Origin: Terriglobales bacterium
GTDB taxonomy: Bacteria > Acidobacteriota > Terriglobia > Bryobacterales > Bryobacteraceae
DNA: 64,000 bases
NCBI GenBank assembly: GCA_021372245.1
Contig: JAJFUV010000251.1
Span: forward strand, 14,799-78,798
Direction of reading: 5' to 3'
The number at the start of each line of letters is the position of its first letter. The stretch's first letter is position 1. The position numbers and the translations under genes are program-made. The notes under the pieces are model-generated. The model made no database searches and was not told the origin of the DNA. It worked only from the letters and a program-made list of their open reading frames with translations. Below are positions 45,992 through 54,368 of the stretch, piece after piece.

Positions 45992-46717
45992 ATGGATCGC
46001 CTCACAATCTCTGCCGCCAGTGGTCTTCGCGCTCGAATGGAGTCGATGGAGATGCTGGCCAATAATCTGGCCAACGCCTCGGCGTCCGGTTACAAACTGG
46101 ACCGTGAGTTCTATAGCCTCTACCTAGCGCCCGAAGCCGACGGAACGATCAGCCAACTGCCTCTCATCGACCGCCAGTGGACCGATTTTTCACAGGGCAC
46201 ACTGACGCCTACAGGAAATCAGCTGGACCTGGCGTTGTCCGGTAGCGGCTTTTTCGCTGTCGATGGTCCCAACGGCACACTCTACACGCGTAATGGAGCG
46301 TTCCAACTGTCAGCCAGTGGGAGACTCGAGACCAAGGAAGGATACGCCGTCCGGGCTGCCGGTGGTGGAATCATCACGGTCGATCCAACCCGCTCTGTAG
46401 AGATCAGTCCGGACGGTGCCGTCTGGCAGCAGGGTGTCGAGATGGGTCGCATACAGCTCGCGGACGTCTCGCAGCCTTCCGCGCTCGGTAAGCAGAGCGG
46501 TCTTTACTTTCAGCTGGATCCCGGCGCAGGCGTGAACGTGGGTACGTCCTCGGCGCAAGTGCAGCAGGGGAAGCTGGAGAATTCCAATGTGGGGAGCGCG
46601 GAGGCGGCCGTTCGCATGATCAGCGTCATGCGCCAGTTCGAAATGCTGCAGCGCGCCGTCACGCTGGGTGCGGAGATGAACCGGCGCGGGGTGGAAGAAG
46701 TCGCCAAGTTGAGTTAG
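45992..46717 (+). CDS. flgF: Flagellar basal-body rod protein FlgF
   Basis: N-terminus ISAASGLRARMESMEMLANNLANASASGYK, C-terminus LENSNVGSAEAAVRMISVMRQFEMLQRAV. Immediately upstream of flgG. Confidence 0.88.
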   Translation: MDRLTISAASGLRARMESMEMLANNLANASASGYKLDREFYSLYLAPEADGTISQLPLIDRQWTDFSQGTLTPTGNQLDLALSGSGFFAVDGPNGTLYTRNGAFQLSASGRLETKEGYAVRAAGGGIITVDPTRSVEISPDGAVWQQGVEMGRIQLADVSQPSALGKQSGLYFQLDPGAGVNVGTSSAQVQQGKLENSNVGSAEAAVRMISVMRQFEMLQRAVTLGAEMNRRGVEEVAKLS

Positions 46718-46750
46718 TAGGCCGGGGGATGGCAAGGAGAAAAGGGAGAC

Positions 46751-47542
46751 ATGATTCGATCACTATACAGCGCTGCCAGCGGGATGACCGCGCAACAGAT
46801 GAACGTCGACAATATCGCGCACAATCTGGCCAATGCGAATACCGTGGGATACAAGGCGCGCCGGGCGCAGTTTCAGGATTTGCTATATCAGAGCATGGTG
46901 CAGCCGGGTGCGGCGGCTGGTTCCCAGACGGTGGTGCCGAGCGGACTGCAGGTCGGCTTGGGAACGCGTCCTGCATCCAACGAAATCTCCTTCACCCAGG
47001 GGAACTTCGTTACTACAAACAACACCTATGACCTGGTTATTGAGGGACGCGGCTTCTTTCAGATCCGAAGACCGAATGGCGAGTTGGCATACACGCGCGC
47101 GGGCGCCTTTCATCTGGACCGCGACGGCAACATGGTTACTGCCGACGGCGACCTGCTGGAGCCGCAAATCACGATTCCCGCCGAGGCCCAATCTGTCACT
47201 ATCGCGGCCGACGGAACCGTGAGCTACACACAGCCGGGCCAAACAGCCGCGCAGGTCATTGGACAGATTCAACTCGCGAATTTCACCAACCCGGCGGGGC
47301 TCAACAGCCTCGGCCGGAACCTCTTTACGCCCACCGACGCCTCGGGTGAAGCCATCGTCGGCGTTCCCGGCGGTCAGGAGGGCTTGGGCACACTGCTGCA
47401 AGGGTACCAGGAGCAGTCCAACGTCAGCGTGGTTGAGGAGTTCATCAACCTGATCGTGGCGCAACGGGCGTACGAGGCCAACTCCAAAGTGGTCAAGGCC
47501 TCCGACGAGATGTACCAGCAGATCAATAACTTGACACGATGA
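46751..47542 (+). CDS. flgG: Flagellar distal rod protein FlgG
   Basis: MIRSLYSAASGMTAQQMNVDNIAHNLANANTVGYK ... QEQSNVSVVEEFINLIVAQRAYEANSKVVKASDEM. Confidence 0.93.
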   Translation: MIRSLYSAASGMTAQQMNVDNIAHNLANANTVGYKARRAQFQDLLYQSMVQPGAAAGSQTVVPSGLQVGLGTRPASNEISFTQGNFVTTNNTYDLVIEGRGFFQIRRPNGELAYTRAGAFHLDRDGNMVTADGDLLEPQITIPAEAQSVTIAADGTVSYTQPGQTAAQVIGQIQLANFTNPAGLNSLGRNLFTPTDASGEAIVGVPGGQEGLGTLLQGYQEQSNVSVVEEFINLIVAQRAYEANSKVVKASDEMYQQINNLTR

Positions 47543-48435
47543 AACGATTTCTGATGCTCGTCTCGTTGCCAATGATCGCCGGAGACTGTTTGCCGGTAGC
47601 CGGAGATCGCGTCACGGTGGCGGATCTGGCGCGTGCACTCCCTGCCTTCGCGGCGGCACCGGCTACCGATGTTCTCGGCTATGCACCGGAACCCGGCTTT
47701 CATCGCTCGTTCTCGGCAACGGACCTGCAACGCTGGGCCCGCCGTTACGGCCTGAACGAAAGCCGCTTCACCGCCGGCGCTTGCGTCGAGCGAACAGCGG
47801 CTCCGCTTACGGAAGCCGCCGTACTGGAAGCCTTACGCCTCGCGATCGCGATGCCGGGTGCCCGCGTGGAGTTGATTGAATTCAGCCGCCGGCCGGTGCC
47901 CGGCGGAAAACTCGAATTTCCCCGTAGCGGTCTTGTGGCCTCCCCGCGCTGGCGTTCAGGGGAGCCGGTGGTTTGGAAAGGGCGAATGAAATACGGGTCC
48001 GGGCGCAGTTTCCCGGTCTGGGCGCGGGCGGTCGTTGGGATCACCGGCAGACACGTGGTGGCCAGGCGGGCCTTACCGGTGGGGCAGGTCATCACAGCGG
48101 ATCAGGTGACGGTCGAAGATTACGAGCGACTGCCGTTTGCGCCTCCGGAACCGGCCGAGATCGAGGAAGTGGTGGGGTCCATACCGAGACGCAGCATCGA
48201 GGCGGGCAAGGCCGTATCTGCCGCGGTCCTTGGGCAGCCGAGGGTGGTTGAGAAGGGCGACCGTGTTGCGGTTGAAGTGCGGACCGGCTCCATGAAGCTC
48301 ACCATGGACGCAGTTTCCGAAACCGGCGGAAGGTCCGGCGAGACGGTGGTCTTGCGGAATCCTTCCAGCGGAAAGCGTTTCCGAGCGCGGATCGAAGGGA
48401 AAGGACGGGCGGTTTCTGTGAGCCCGACAGCATGA
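47539..48435 (+). CDS. flgA: Flagellar P-ring assembly chaperone FlgA
   Basis: Signal peptide. SAF-like segment (ALPVGQVITADQV) and C-terminal GDRVAVEVRTGSMKLTMDAVSETGGRSGETVVLRNPSSGKRFRARI. ATGA overlaps with flgG and flgH. Confidence 0.8.
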   Translation: MKRFLMLVSLPMIAGDCLPVAGDRVTVADLARALPAFAAAPATDVLGYAPEPGFHRSFSATDLQRWARRYGLNESRFTAGACVERTAAPLTEAAVLEALRLAIAMPGARVELIEFSRRPVPGGKLEFPRSGLVASPRWRSGEPVVWKGRMKYGSGRSFPVWARAVVGITGRHVVARRALPVGQVITADQVTVEDYERLPFAPPEPAEIEEVVGSIPRRSIEAGKAVSAAVLGQPRVVEKGDRVAVEVRTGSMKLTMDAVSETGGRSGETVVLRNPSSGKRFRARIEGKGRAVSVSPTA

Positions 48436-49133
48436 GAACGGCTATCGGTTGTGCTTTTTCTATATTCATTCTTCTTACTGCGCCCGCGGCCGCGCGGCAC
48501 AAGGAACCCGCCAAGTCTTTGCCGGCGCTGGACCAGTACATCCGCGATGCCAGCCTGCGCGGGCAGACTGCCGGTGTGGCCACGACGCCGGGTTCTCTGT
48601 GGCAATCCGGCGGGAGTCTGGCGGACCTGGCTCGCGATCCGCGCGCCTCGCAGATCGACGACTTGATCACTATCGTGGTCAGCGACAAGGCCTCGGCAAT
48701 AGCGAAGGGCGGCAGTTCCTCGGCGCGGTCGAGCACGGCCAAGCACTCCGTATCTTCGTTGTTCGGGGTCACTCGCGCCACCGGACCGCTGAGCAACCTG
48801 ACAAACCTCTCCGGAGACACGAAACTTGAGGGACAAGGTGAGACCAGCCGTGAATCGGCGTTGACGACAACACTTTCCGCGCGCGTCACGCACGTTTTGC
48901 CGAACGGCTATCTGGCGGTGGAGGGGGTGAAGGACACTATGGTGAACTCCGAGCGTCAGATAGTCACCGTCCGCGGAGTGATCCGGCCCTCGGACCTCAG
49001 CCCGGCGAACGCGGTCACTTCCGACCGCGTGGCGCAATTGGAAGTAAGAGTCAACGGAAGGGGCGTGGTCGGCGACGCCGTGAGGCGGCCGTTCATTCTC
49101 TACCGCATCCTGATGGGGCTGCTGCCTTTCTGA
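48432..49133 (+). CDS. flgH: Flagellar L-ring protein FlgH
   Basis: PGSLWQSGGSLADLARDPRASQIDDLITIVVSDKASA and LAVEGVKDTMVNSERQIVTVRGVIRPSDL. Confidence 0.9.
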   Translation: MRTAIGCAFSIFILLTAPAAARHKEPAKSLPALDQYIRDASLRGQTAGVATTPGSLWQSGGSLADLARDPRASQIDDLITIVVSDKASAIAKGGSSSARSSTAKHSVSSLFGVTRATGPLSNLTNLSGDTKLEGQGETSRESALTTTLSARVTHVLPNGYLAVEGVKDTMVNSERQIVTVRGVIRPSDLSPANAVTSDRVAQLEVRVNGRGVVGDAVRRPFILYRILMGLLPF

Positions 49134-49140
49134 GGTCCGT

Positions 49141-50241
49141 ATGCGAAAAGTAACCTCCATGGCCTTAGCTTTGGTGCTGATGACTGTCGTTCCATCGGGC
49201 GCGGCTACGCGCTTGAAAGACCTGGCGGCGTGGGAAGGCGTGCGCGACAACCAATTGGTCGGTTACGGACTGGTTGTGGGTCTGGCTGGAACGGGCGACA
49301 AACGGCAGACGATCTTCTCGGCGCAGACGTTGACGAACATTTTGCAGAGAATGGGTGTAGTGGTCAGTTCCTCGGCAATCCAGGTGCGAAACGTGGCGGC
49401 AGTGATGGTTACCTCAAGCCTGCCGGCGTACGCGCAGCCCGGCGCGAGGATCGATGTTACAGCCGCGGCCATCGGCGATGCGACAAACCTGCAAGGTGGC
49501 CTGCTGGTGTTGACGCCACTGAAGGGCGTGGACGGCCAGGTATATGCCGTGGCGCAGGGGCCGGTGGTAACCGGCGGTTTCGTCGCCGGCCGGGGCGGAA
49601 GCTCACAGACGTTGAATCATCCGACGGTGGGCCGTCTTCCCGGGGGCGCTACGGTGGAAAAGCCATCGCCGTCCCCTACGCTCGGTCCCAAGCTGCGGCT
49701 GCAACTGAGGCAAGCGGACTTCACTACATCGGCGCGAGTAGCGGAAGCGGTGAACCGAAAATTCCCCATGAGCGTGCCGGTTGCACGTGCCGAGAACGCC
49801 GCACTGGTGGCGATCGATACGCCCGCCTCCTACCAGGCGAACACCACGGAATTCATTGCTGCCATCGAAAACCTGACCCTGGATGCGGACCGGGCCGCCC
49901 GGATTGTCATTAACGAACGCACGGGGACCATCGTGATGGGCAAGCAGGTGAGAATCGCGCCGGTAGCAGTCATGCACGGTGCACTCACGGTGGAAGTGCA
50001 GACCGCGTACGCCGTGTCGCAGCCAGCGCCATTTTCCAAGGGCACTACCGAGGTTGTGCCGCAGGTGGCTGTGTCGGCAAAAGAAGAGAAAGCCAAGAAC
50101 CTCGTGCTGAAGGAGGGTGCCACGGTGGAAGAACTCGTGCGCGCGCTGGCGTCGATTGGCGCTACGCCGCGCGATATTATCGCCATCCTGCAGAACCTTC
50201 GGAGCGCAGGCGCAGTCGAGGCTGAACTGGAGGTCATTTAG
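49141..50241 (+). CDS. flgI: Flagellar P-ring protein FlgI
   Basis: RLKDLAAWEGVRDNQLVGYGLVVGLAGTGD..., IVINERTGTIVMG, and C-terminus IIAILQNLRSAGAVEAELEVI. Confidence 0.93.
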   Translation: MRKVTSMALALVLMTVVPSGAATRLKDLAAWEGVRDNQLVGYGLVVGLAGTGDKRQTIFSAQTLTNILQRMGVVVSSSAIQVRNVAAVMVTSSLPAYAQPGARIDVTAAAIGDATNLQGGLLVLTPLKGVDGQVYAVAQGPVVTGGFVAGRGGSSQTLNHPTVGRLPGGATVEKPSPSPTLGPKLRLQLRQADFTTSARVAEAVNRKFPMSVPVARAENAALVAIDTPASYQANTTEFIAAIENLTLDADRAARIVINERTGTIVMGKQVRIAPVAVMHGALTVEVQTAYAVSQPAPFSKGTTEVVPQVAVSAKEEKAKNLVLKEGATVEELVRALASIGATPRDIIAILQNLRSAGAVEAELEVI

Positions 50242-50244
50242 GCC

Positions 50245-50580
50245 ATGGTAGAAATGGGTGCGGCGGTGAGTGCCGCGATGGCCGGGAGCGGCCGGCAGGG
50301 CGACGATCCGGCGAAAGTGAAAGAGGCGGCGTCGCAATTTGAAGCCTTGTTGATCGCCCAGATGCTCAAGTCGATGCGGTCCGCCACATCGGATGGCTGG
50401 CTGGGGGCGGGGGAGGACCAAGCAGGAATGTCGATGATGGAGATGGGCGAGGAGTGCCTGGCTGAGATGATGGCCCGCCAAGGCGGGTTAGGGCTGGCTA
50501 ACATGGTGGAGCGGGGCCTCACGAATACAGCCGCCAGTTCGGGCGTTAAAATGAGCGAGAGAGGGTACGATGCGCATTGA
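50245..50580 (+). CDS. flgJ: Rod-binding protein (FlgJ N-terminal domain only; no peptidoglycan hydrolase domain)
   Basis: AASQFEALLIAQMLKSMR rod-binding signature. 111 aa or fewer. Follows flgI. Confidence 0.75.
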   Translation: MVEMGAAVSAAMAGSGRQGDDPAKVKEAASQFEALLIAQMLKSMRSATSDGWLGAGEDQAGMSMMEMGEECLAEMMARQGGLGLANMVERGLTNTAASSGVKMSERGYDAH

Positions 50581-50845
50581 GAACACGCACGTCGGGGCCA
50601 CAGGGACCAACGCTGTCGAGCAGACGGCGGCCAGGGCTGCTGCGACGAACGTTCGGGAGCAGCGCAGCGCCGAGGATCGCGATTCAGTAGAGATCTCGGG
50701 CTTGTCGGCGAGCCTGTCGGCCGCGACAGACCGTGAAGCAAGAATCGAGCAGTTGCGGCTCGAGGTGCAGGCGGGGCATTACAATCCTCCGGCCAGCGAA
50801 GTGGCCCGGTCCATCGTCGACGAAACGCTTTCCGAGAGAAAATAG
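50570..50845 (+). CDS. flgM: Anti-sigma-28 factor FlgM
   Basis: 91 aa. C-terminal IEQLRLEVQAGHYNPPASEVARSIVDE matches the FlgM sigma-28-binding helix region. Overlaps the flgJ end by 11 nt. Confidence 0.75.
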   Translation: MRIENTHVGATGTNAVEQTAARAAATNVREQRSAEDRDSVEISGLSASLSAATDREARIEQLRLEVQAGHYNPPASEVARSIVDETLSERK

Positions 50846-50868
50846 GCACTCTCTATCCGGGGAAAACG

Positions 50869-51297
50869 TCAATAGGAGCAGCTCAACTGAGCGTACTGCT
50901 CGCCGGGTTCAGACTCGAAGGCCTGGGGCAGTGCGGGCTCTTGCCGGCACGCATCCCAACCTTCCAGAAGCGTTTTCAGCAGCGTGGAGACTTCCGCCAG
51001 CGGCGGATCGGACTGCTGGAACTGCGCTTCGAGCAGCTTACGCTGCATGTAGTCATAAAGCTCGGAAAGACTCCGCGCAATGGTGGACACATCCTCTTGC
51101 TGGAGACTCGATGTCAACTCCGTGAGGATCATAAGGGCCCGGTTGATATTCTGCGTACGCTGCGGAATATCGCCGGCATGAAGCGCGCTACGTGCCCCCT
51201 CGACGGATTCAATGGCTCCCCGGTACAGCACCCGTACTAATTCCAGCGGGTCGGCAGTCAGAATCTTGCTTTCCAGGTAGGCTTCGTATGCGTTCAT
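50869..51297 (-). CDS. fliS: Flagellar export chaperone FliS
   Basis: MNAYEAYLESKILTADPLELVRVLYRGAIESV...INRALMILTELTSSL...LSELYDYMQRKLLEAQ. ATG 51297. Confidence 0.85.
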   Translation of the reverse strand: MNAYEAYLESKILTADPLELVRVLYRGAIESVEGARSALHAGDIPQRTQNINRALMILTELTSSLQQEDVSTIARSLSELYDYMQRKLLEAQFQQSDPPLAEVSTLLKTLLEGWDACRQEPALPQAFESEPGEQYAQLSCSY

Positions 51298-51359
51298 CGG
51301 TCTCGGCTTTCCTTCTGGAAATCTCATCGGCCGGGCCCGGGCAATGAACACGTTTTCTT

Positions 51360-51644
51360 TTACTCCTGGAGCAGTCTCAAGTCCTCCGCCAACCGCAGAA
51401 CGGATTCCGGTGGGATCTGCCGGACGACCTCGTTCGTCTGGCGGTTGACGATCCTCACGACGGGTTTTCGTGTTTGGCGATCCAACACGAAGGTCAGTTC
51501 GTTGTCTTGTCCGAATAACTCCGTTCCGCTAAGCGCCTTGACCGCCTGGACAATGTCCTGTTTCTCGACGGTCTCTGTTGCGCTCATCGGGGACGGCACA
51601 ACGGCGAGCGCCTGTGTGCTGGATTGAATTGAGCCGATTTCCAT
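51360..51644 (-). CDS. flaG: Flagellar protein FlaG
   Basis: ELTFVLDRQTRKPVVRIVNRQTNEVVRQIPPESVLRLAEDL is the FlaG family core. AGGAGG lies 6 nt upstream of ATG 51644. Confidence 0.8.
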   Translation of the reverse strand: MEIGSIQSSTQALAVVPSPMSATETVEKQDIVQAVKALSGTELFGQDNELTFVLDRQTRKPVVRIVNRQTNEVVRQIPPESVLRLAEDLRLLQE

Positions 51645-51686
51645 GGGGTGCCTCCTATGGGCAAAGATCCTTCGCCCTATGGTTCC

Positions 51687-51713
51687 TCATCGGCGACCGG
51701 AGGTTGAGTATTA
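51687..51713 (-). promoter_or_regulatory. Sigma-28 (FliA)-type promoter upstream of flaG-fliS
   Basis: The minus strand reads TAAT-N15-GCCGATGA against the consensus TAAA-N15-GCCGATAA. The -10 element is at 51694-51687 and the -35 element at 51713-51710. It sits about 43 nt upstream of the flaG ATG, and fliA is encoded in the same window. Confidence 0.65.
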
Positions 51714-51722
51714 GGGAAGATC

Positions 51723-53717
51723 TCAGCGCGACTGGCCCCAATCGAGTTTTGACCGCGAGAAGAAGAACAACCGCCCGTCCTCCCGGGAAACCACCAGGTT
51801 CGGGCCGCCGGTGCCGAGGCGCCCCGCCGCGGCTCCTATCTCGTGATGGCCGAGGTAGATGGGGTTGCCCAAGTGCTTGAGAATGATAGGGAAACGATAC
51901 TTGGGCGACTGGTTTGTGCCGGTGTTCTTCAGAAACAGAACCGTAGCCCCACGCATGCCATCGGCACGGGGAAGTCCGGTCTGCGGACTGGGGATGGAGT
52001 GGTGGCGCGGGGTGCCGACCAGCAGGTCGACCAGGCCGTCGCCGTCCCAATCGAACAACTCGAACTTGCTGCGTCCGGTCCCTCCCGCGCTGATGAAGTT
52101 GGCTGTAATGAGCCCGCCATCCTCCATGCGCAGCTTGCCGCCGTCGGTAAGGTTGAAATCGTCGAGCCTCCAATAGAGATGCGCTTGATCCTCATCGTCG
52201 AGGGCGACGTAAGCCATACGGTTGCCGAGTTTCCCGACGCCGGGACGGACGCGCCAGGTACCGTGCAGATCGAGACCATCCAGGTACAGCGGACGCTCGG
52301 CATCGAGGCGGGGCTGGCGCCGGGTGCCGCGGTTCATGAAAACCACATGACGCGAGAGCGAGTCGCCAGCGAGGATGTCGGGCAGCCCGTCCCCGTTCCA
52401 GTCGGCCACATTGGTGCTGATGTACCCCCAGCGTGCCTCGCCGGGCCCCTGGATGTCGCCCTTGTAGCCGGACTGCACATGAATCGGGCGGCCTCCGGCC
52501 TCCAGGGCGACGCCGGATGCGAAGGCGGGCGCGTCGTTCGAGCCGCAATTGCGGAAAAACAGGACACGGCCCTCGGAATTTCCGGCAACGATGTCCAGAA
52601 TACCATCGCCGTCCCAGTCCACAATCGTGGGCACCGGGAGGCTTCCGGCGTACAGCAAAGCCTGATCCTCGAGCACGGGCGTGGGCTCGGCGAACACGGG
52701 TTGCGAGTCGGCGTTGAAGCGGCCGGTGAATCGATACCAGCAGAGGGCGCCCTCGCCGCCCGAAATCAGGCCGGAGAGCCCGGTCGCAGGATCAGGATAG
52801 GCGATGGGCGAATTGTGGATGATGGGATGGCGCAGCGCCACGCCGCGGACATCCACGGCCAGGCGTTTTTCCTCCAGGTCCAGCCCGCCGGAGGAGTGGT
52901 TCCGGTAATAGTACATATCGCCGAACTGCGAGCCGGAGACGACATCGCGCCTGTGGTGCAGTCCCAGGTTCACGACGGTAAGGTTGCGGTTCGACAGCAG
53001 CACCTGGTGGGGATTTTCGACAGCCAGCCGCGCTTGGCCCAACGCTCCGGATGTGAGCGAGTCGCGGTGAACGGCGTACAAGGCGAGGTAAGGCATGCCG
53101 CCACGCCAGATGCCCCGCCCATCGTAAGGCACGTAATCCGGATCTCGGGAGCCGGGGCCTGGCGGAGGATGACCGGAACCATCGGAGACGCTGAACAGCA
53201 GTTCGACGCCACCGTCCGGCCGACGTAGAACCCCAACGGCCGACGGTGCACGCGGAAGCGAATCGAGCTGGATGCGGCCGCGCTCGACGAACTCGAGTTT
53301 TGCGGCATCAAGCACGGCGTGGATCAGCTCGCTTCCGGCGAGAAACAAGCCGCGGATCGAAACTCCATCCTGGTAGACGGTGCAGTTCGGGAAGGTCTTC
53401 GGCGAGGCGCCCGGGTACAAGACCTTCTCCGGATGTCCGAACACCGGCACGCCGGAGGCGGTCGATCGTTTTGAGCGGCACAAGTATAGGCCCGGCTCGG
53501 GGCTGTGCGCACCCGCCACGACGAACAGGTCCGGCTGGCGGGCGCCCGAGACGCGGCCCCATCCTGCGGGGTAGGAACTGAGTCCCACGCTGAGCGGCGC
53601 GCGGCGATCCCCCGCGCCAACCGGGATCGGCTTGCCACTTTCGAGTGCCGGCAAAGCGGCAACGCTCATCACAAGGCAATAGCTCAAGCGCAATGTTCGC
53701 AAGGGCATCTTGCCCAT
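51723..53717 (-). CDS. Secreted FG-GAP / VCBS repeat protein
   Basis: Repeated Ca-binding-type loops DWDGDGILDIVAGNSEGRVLFFRN, DWNGDGLPDILAGDS, DWDGDGLVDLLVGTP. Signal-like N-terminus MGKMPLRTLRLSYCLVMSVAALPA. Start ATG 53717 or 53708; the longer ORF-track start runs into nuoB. Confidence 0.75.
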   Translation of the reverse strand: MGKMPLRTLRLSYCLVMSVAALPALESGKPIPVGAGDRRAPLSVGLSSYPAGWGRVSGARQPDLFVVAGAHSPEPGLYLCRSKRSTASGVPVFGHPEKVLYPGASPKTFPNCTVYQDGVSIRGLFLAGSELIHAVLDAAKLEFVERGRIQLDSLPRAPSAVGVLRRPDGGVELLFSVSDGSGHPPPGPGSRDPDYVPYDGRGIWRGGMPYLALYAVHRDSLTSGALGQARLAVENPHQVLLSNRNLTVVNLGLHHRRDVVSGSQFGDMYYYRNHSSGGLDLEEKRLAVDVRGVALRHPIIHNSPIAYPDPATGLSGLISGGEGALCWYRFTGRFNADSQPVFAEPTPVLEDQALLYAGSLPVPTIVDWDGDGILDIVAGNSEGRVLFFRNCGSNDAPAFASGVALEAGGRPIHVQSGYKGDIQGPGEARWGYISTNVADWNGDGLPDILAGDSLSRHVVFMNRGTRRQPRLDAERPLYLDGLDLHGTWRVRPGVGKLGNRMAYVALDDEDQAHLYWRLDDFNLTDGGKLRMEDGGLITANFISAGGTGRSKFELFDWDGDGLVDLLVGTPRHHSIPSPQTGLPRADGMRGATVLFLKNTGTNQSPKYRFPIILKHLGNPIYLGHHEIGAAAGRLGTGGPNLVVSREDGRLFFFSRSKLDWGQSR

Positions 53718-53760
53718 GATGACAAACCAGGGTGAACGGCGGCGGGAGGCTGTCAGTGGA

Positions 53761-54303
53761 TCAGCCCAGGTTGAGGACCTGCTTGGCGGTTCCGGTCTGC
53801 TTCTGGATCTTCTGCTGCAGCAGGCGGAGTGCGTAGATGAGCTGCTCGGGGCGCGGCGGGCATCCGGGCACGAAGACGTCCACGGGGATGATCTGGTTGA
53901 CCGGGACAAGGGCGTAGTTGCTGAACACGCCTGTGGAGGTGGCGCACGCGCCCATCGAGATGACCCACTTGGGTTCGGGCATCTGCTGATAGAGTTGGAG
54001 CACGACGGGAGCCATCTTGTTGGACAGGCGCCCGGCGATGATCATGAGATCGGATTGGCGCGGCGAGCCGCGGAAGACCTCGGCGCCAAAGCGCGCGATG
54101 TCGAATCGCGACGCGGTCATGGCCATCATTTCGATGGCGCAGCAAGCCAGGCCGAAGGTCATAGGCCAGATGGAATTCTTGCGTGCCCAGTTAATGGCCT
54201 GGTCGAGCGTGGTCAGGAGGATTCCCTCGGAAGGGCCCGCAAGACTCTCCTGATCGATCCGTGCGAACAGGTCGGCGGTGCCCTCGCTCGATGCCGGATT
54301 CAT
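53761..54303 (-). CDS. nuoB: NADH-quinone oxidoreductase subunit B (NuoB / 20-kDa family), isolated copy
   Basis: All N2-cluster ligand motifs are present: [27 protein letters not shown]. There is no nuoA, nuoC or nuoD on either side. Confidence 0.85.
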   Translation of the reverse strand: MNPASSEGTADLFARIDQESLAGPSEGILLTTLDQAINWARKNSIWPMTFGLACCAIEMMAMTASRFDIARFGAEVFRGSPRQSDLMIIAGRLSNKMAPVVLQLYQQMPEPKWVISMGACATSTGVFSNYALVPVNQIIPVDVFVPGCPPRPEQLIYALRLLQQKIQKQTGTAKQVLNLG

Positions 54304-54368
54304 GTTGCCCCCTAGCCACTAAGCTATCACATGGACAGGATAGAATCGGTAGGAGCATACAGGACTCG

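Noticed and set aside
45828-46127. 99-codon ORF spanning the fliK/flgF intergenic region and the flgF start.
   Set aside because: It overlaps flgF out of frame, shows no motif and has poor coding character in the AT-richer intergenic part.
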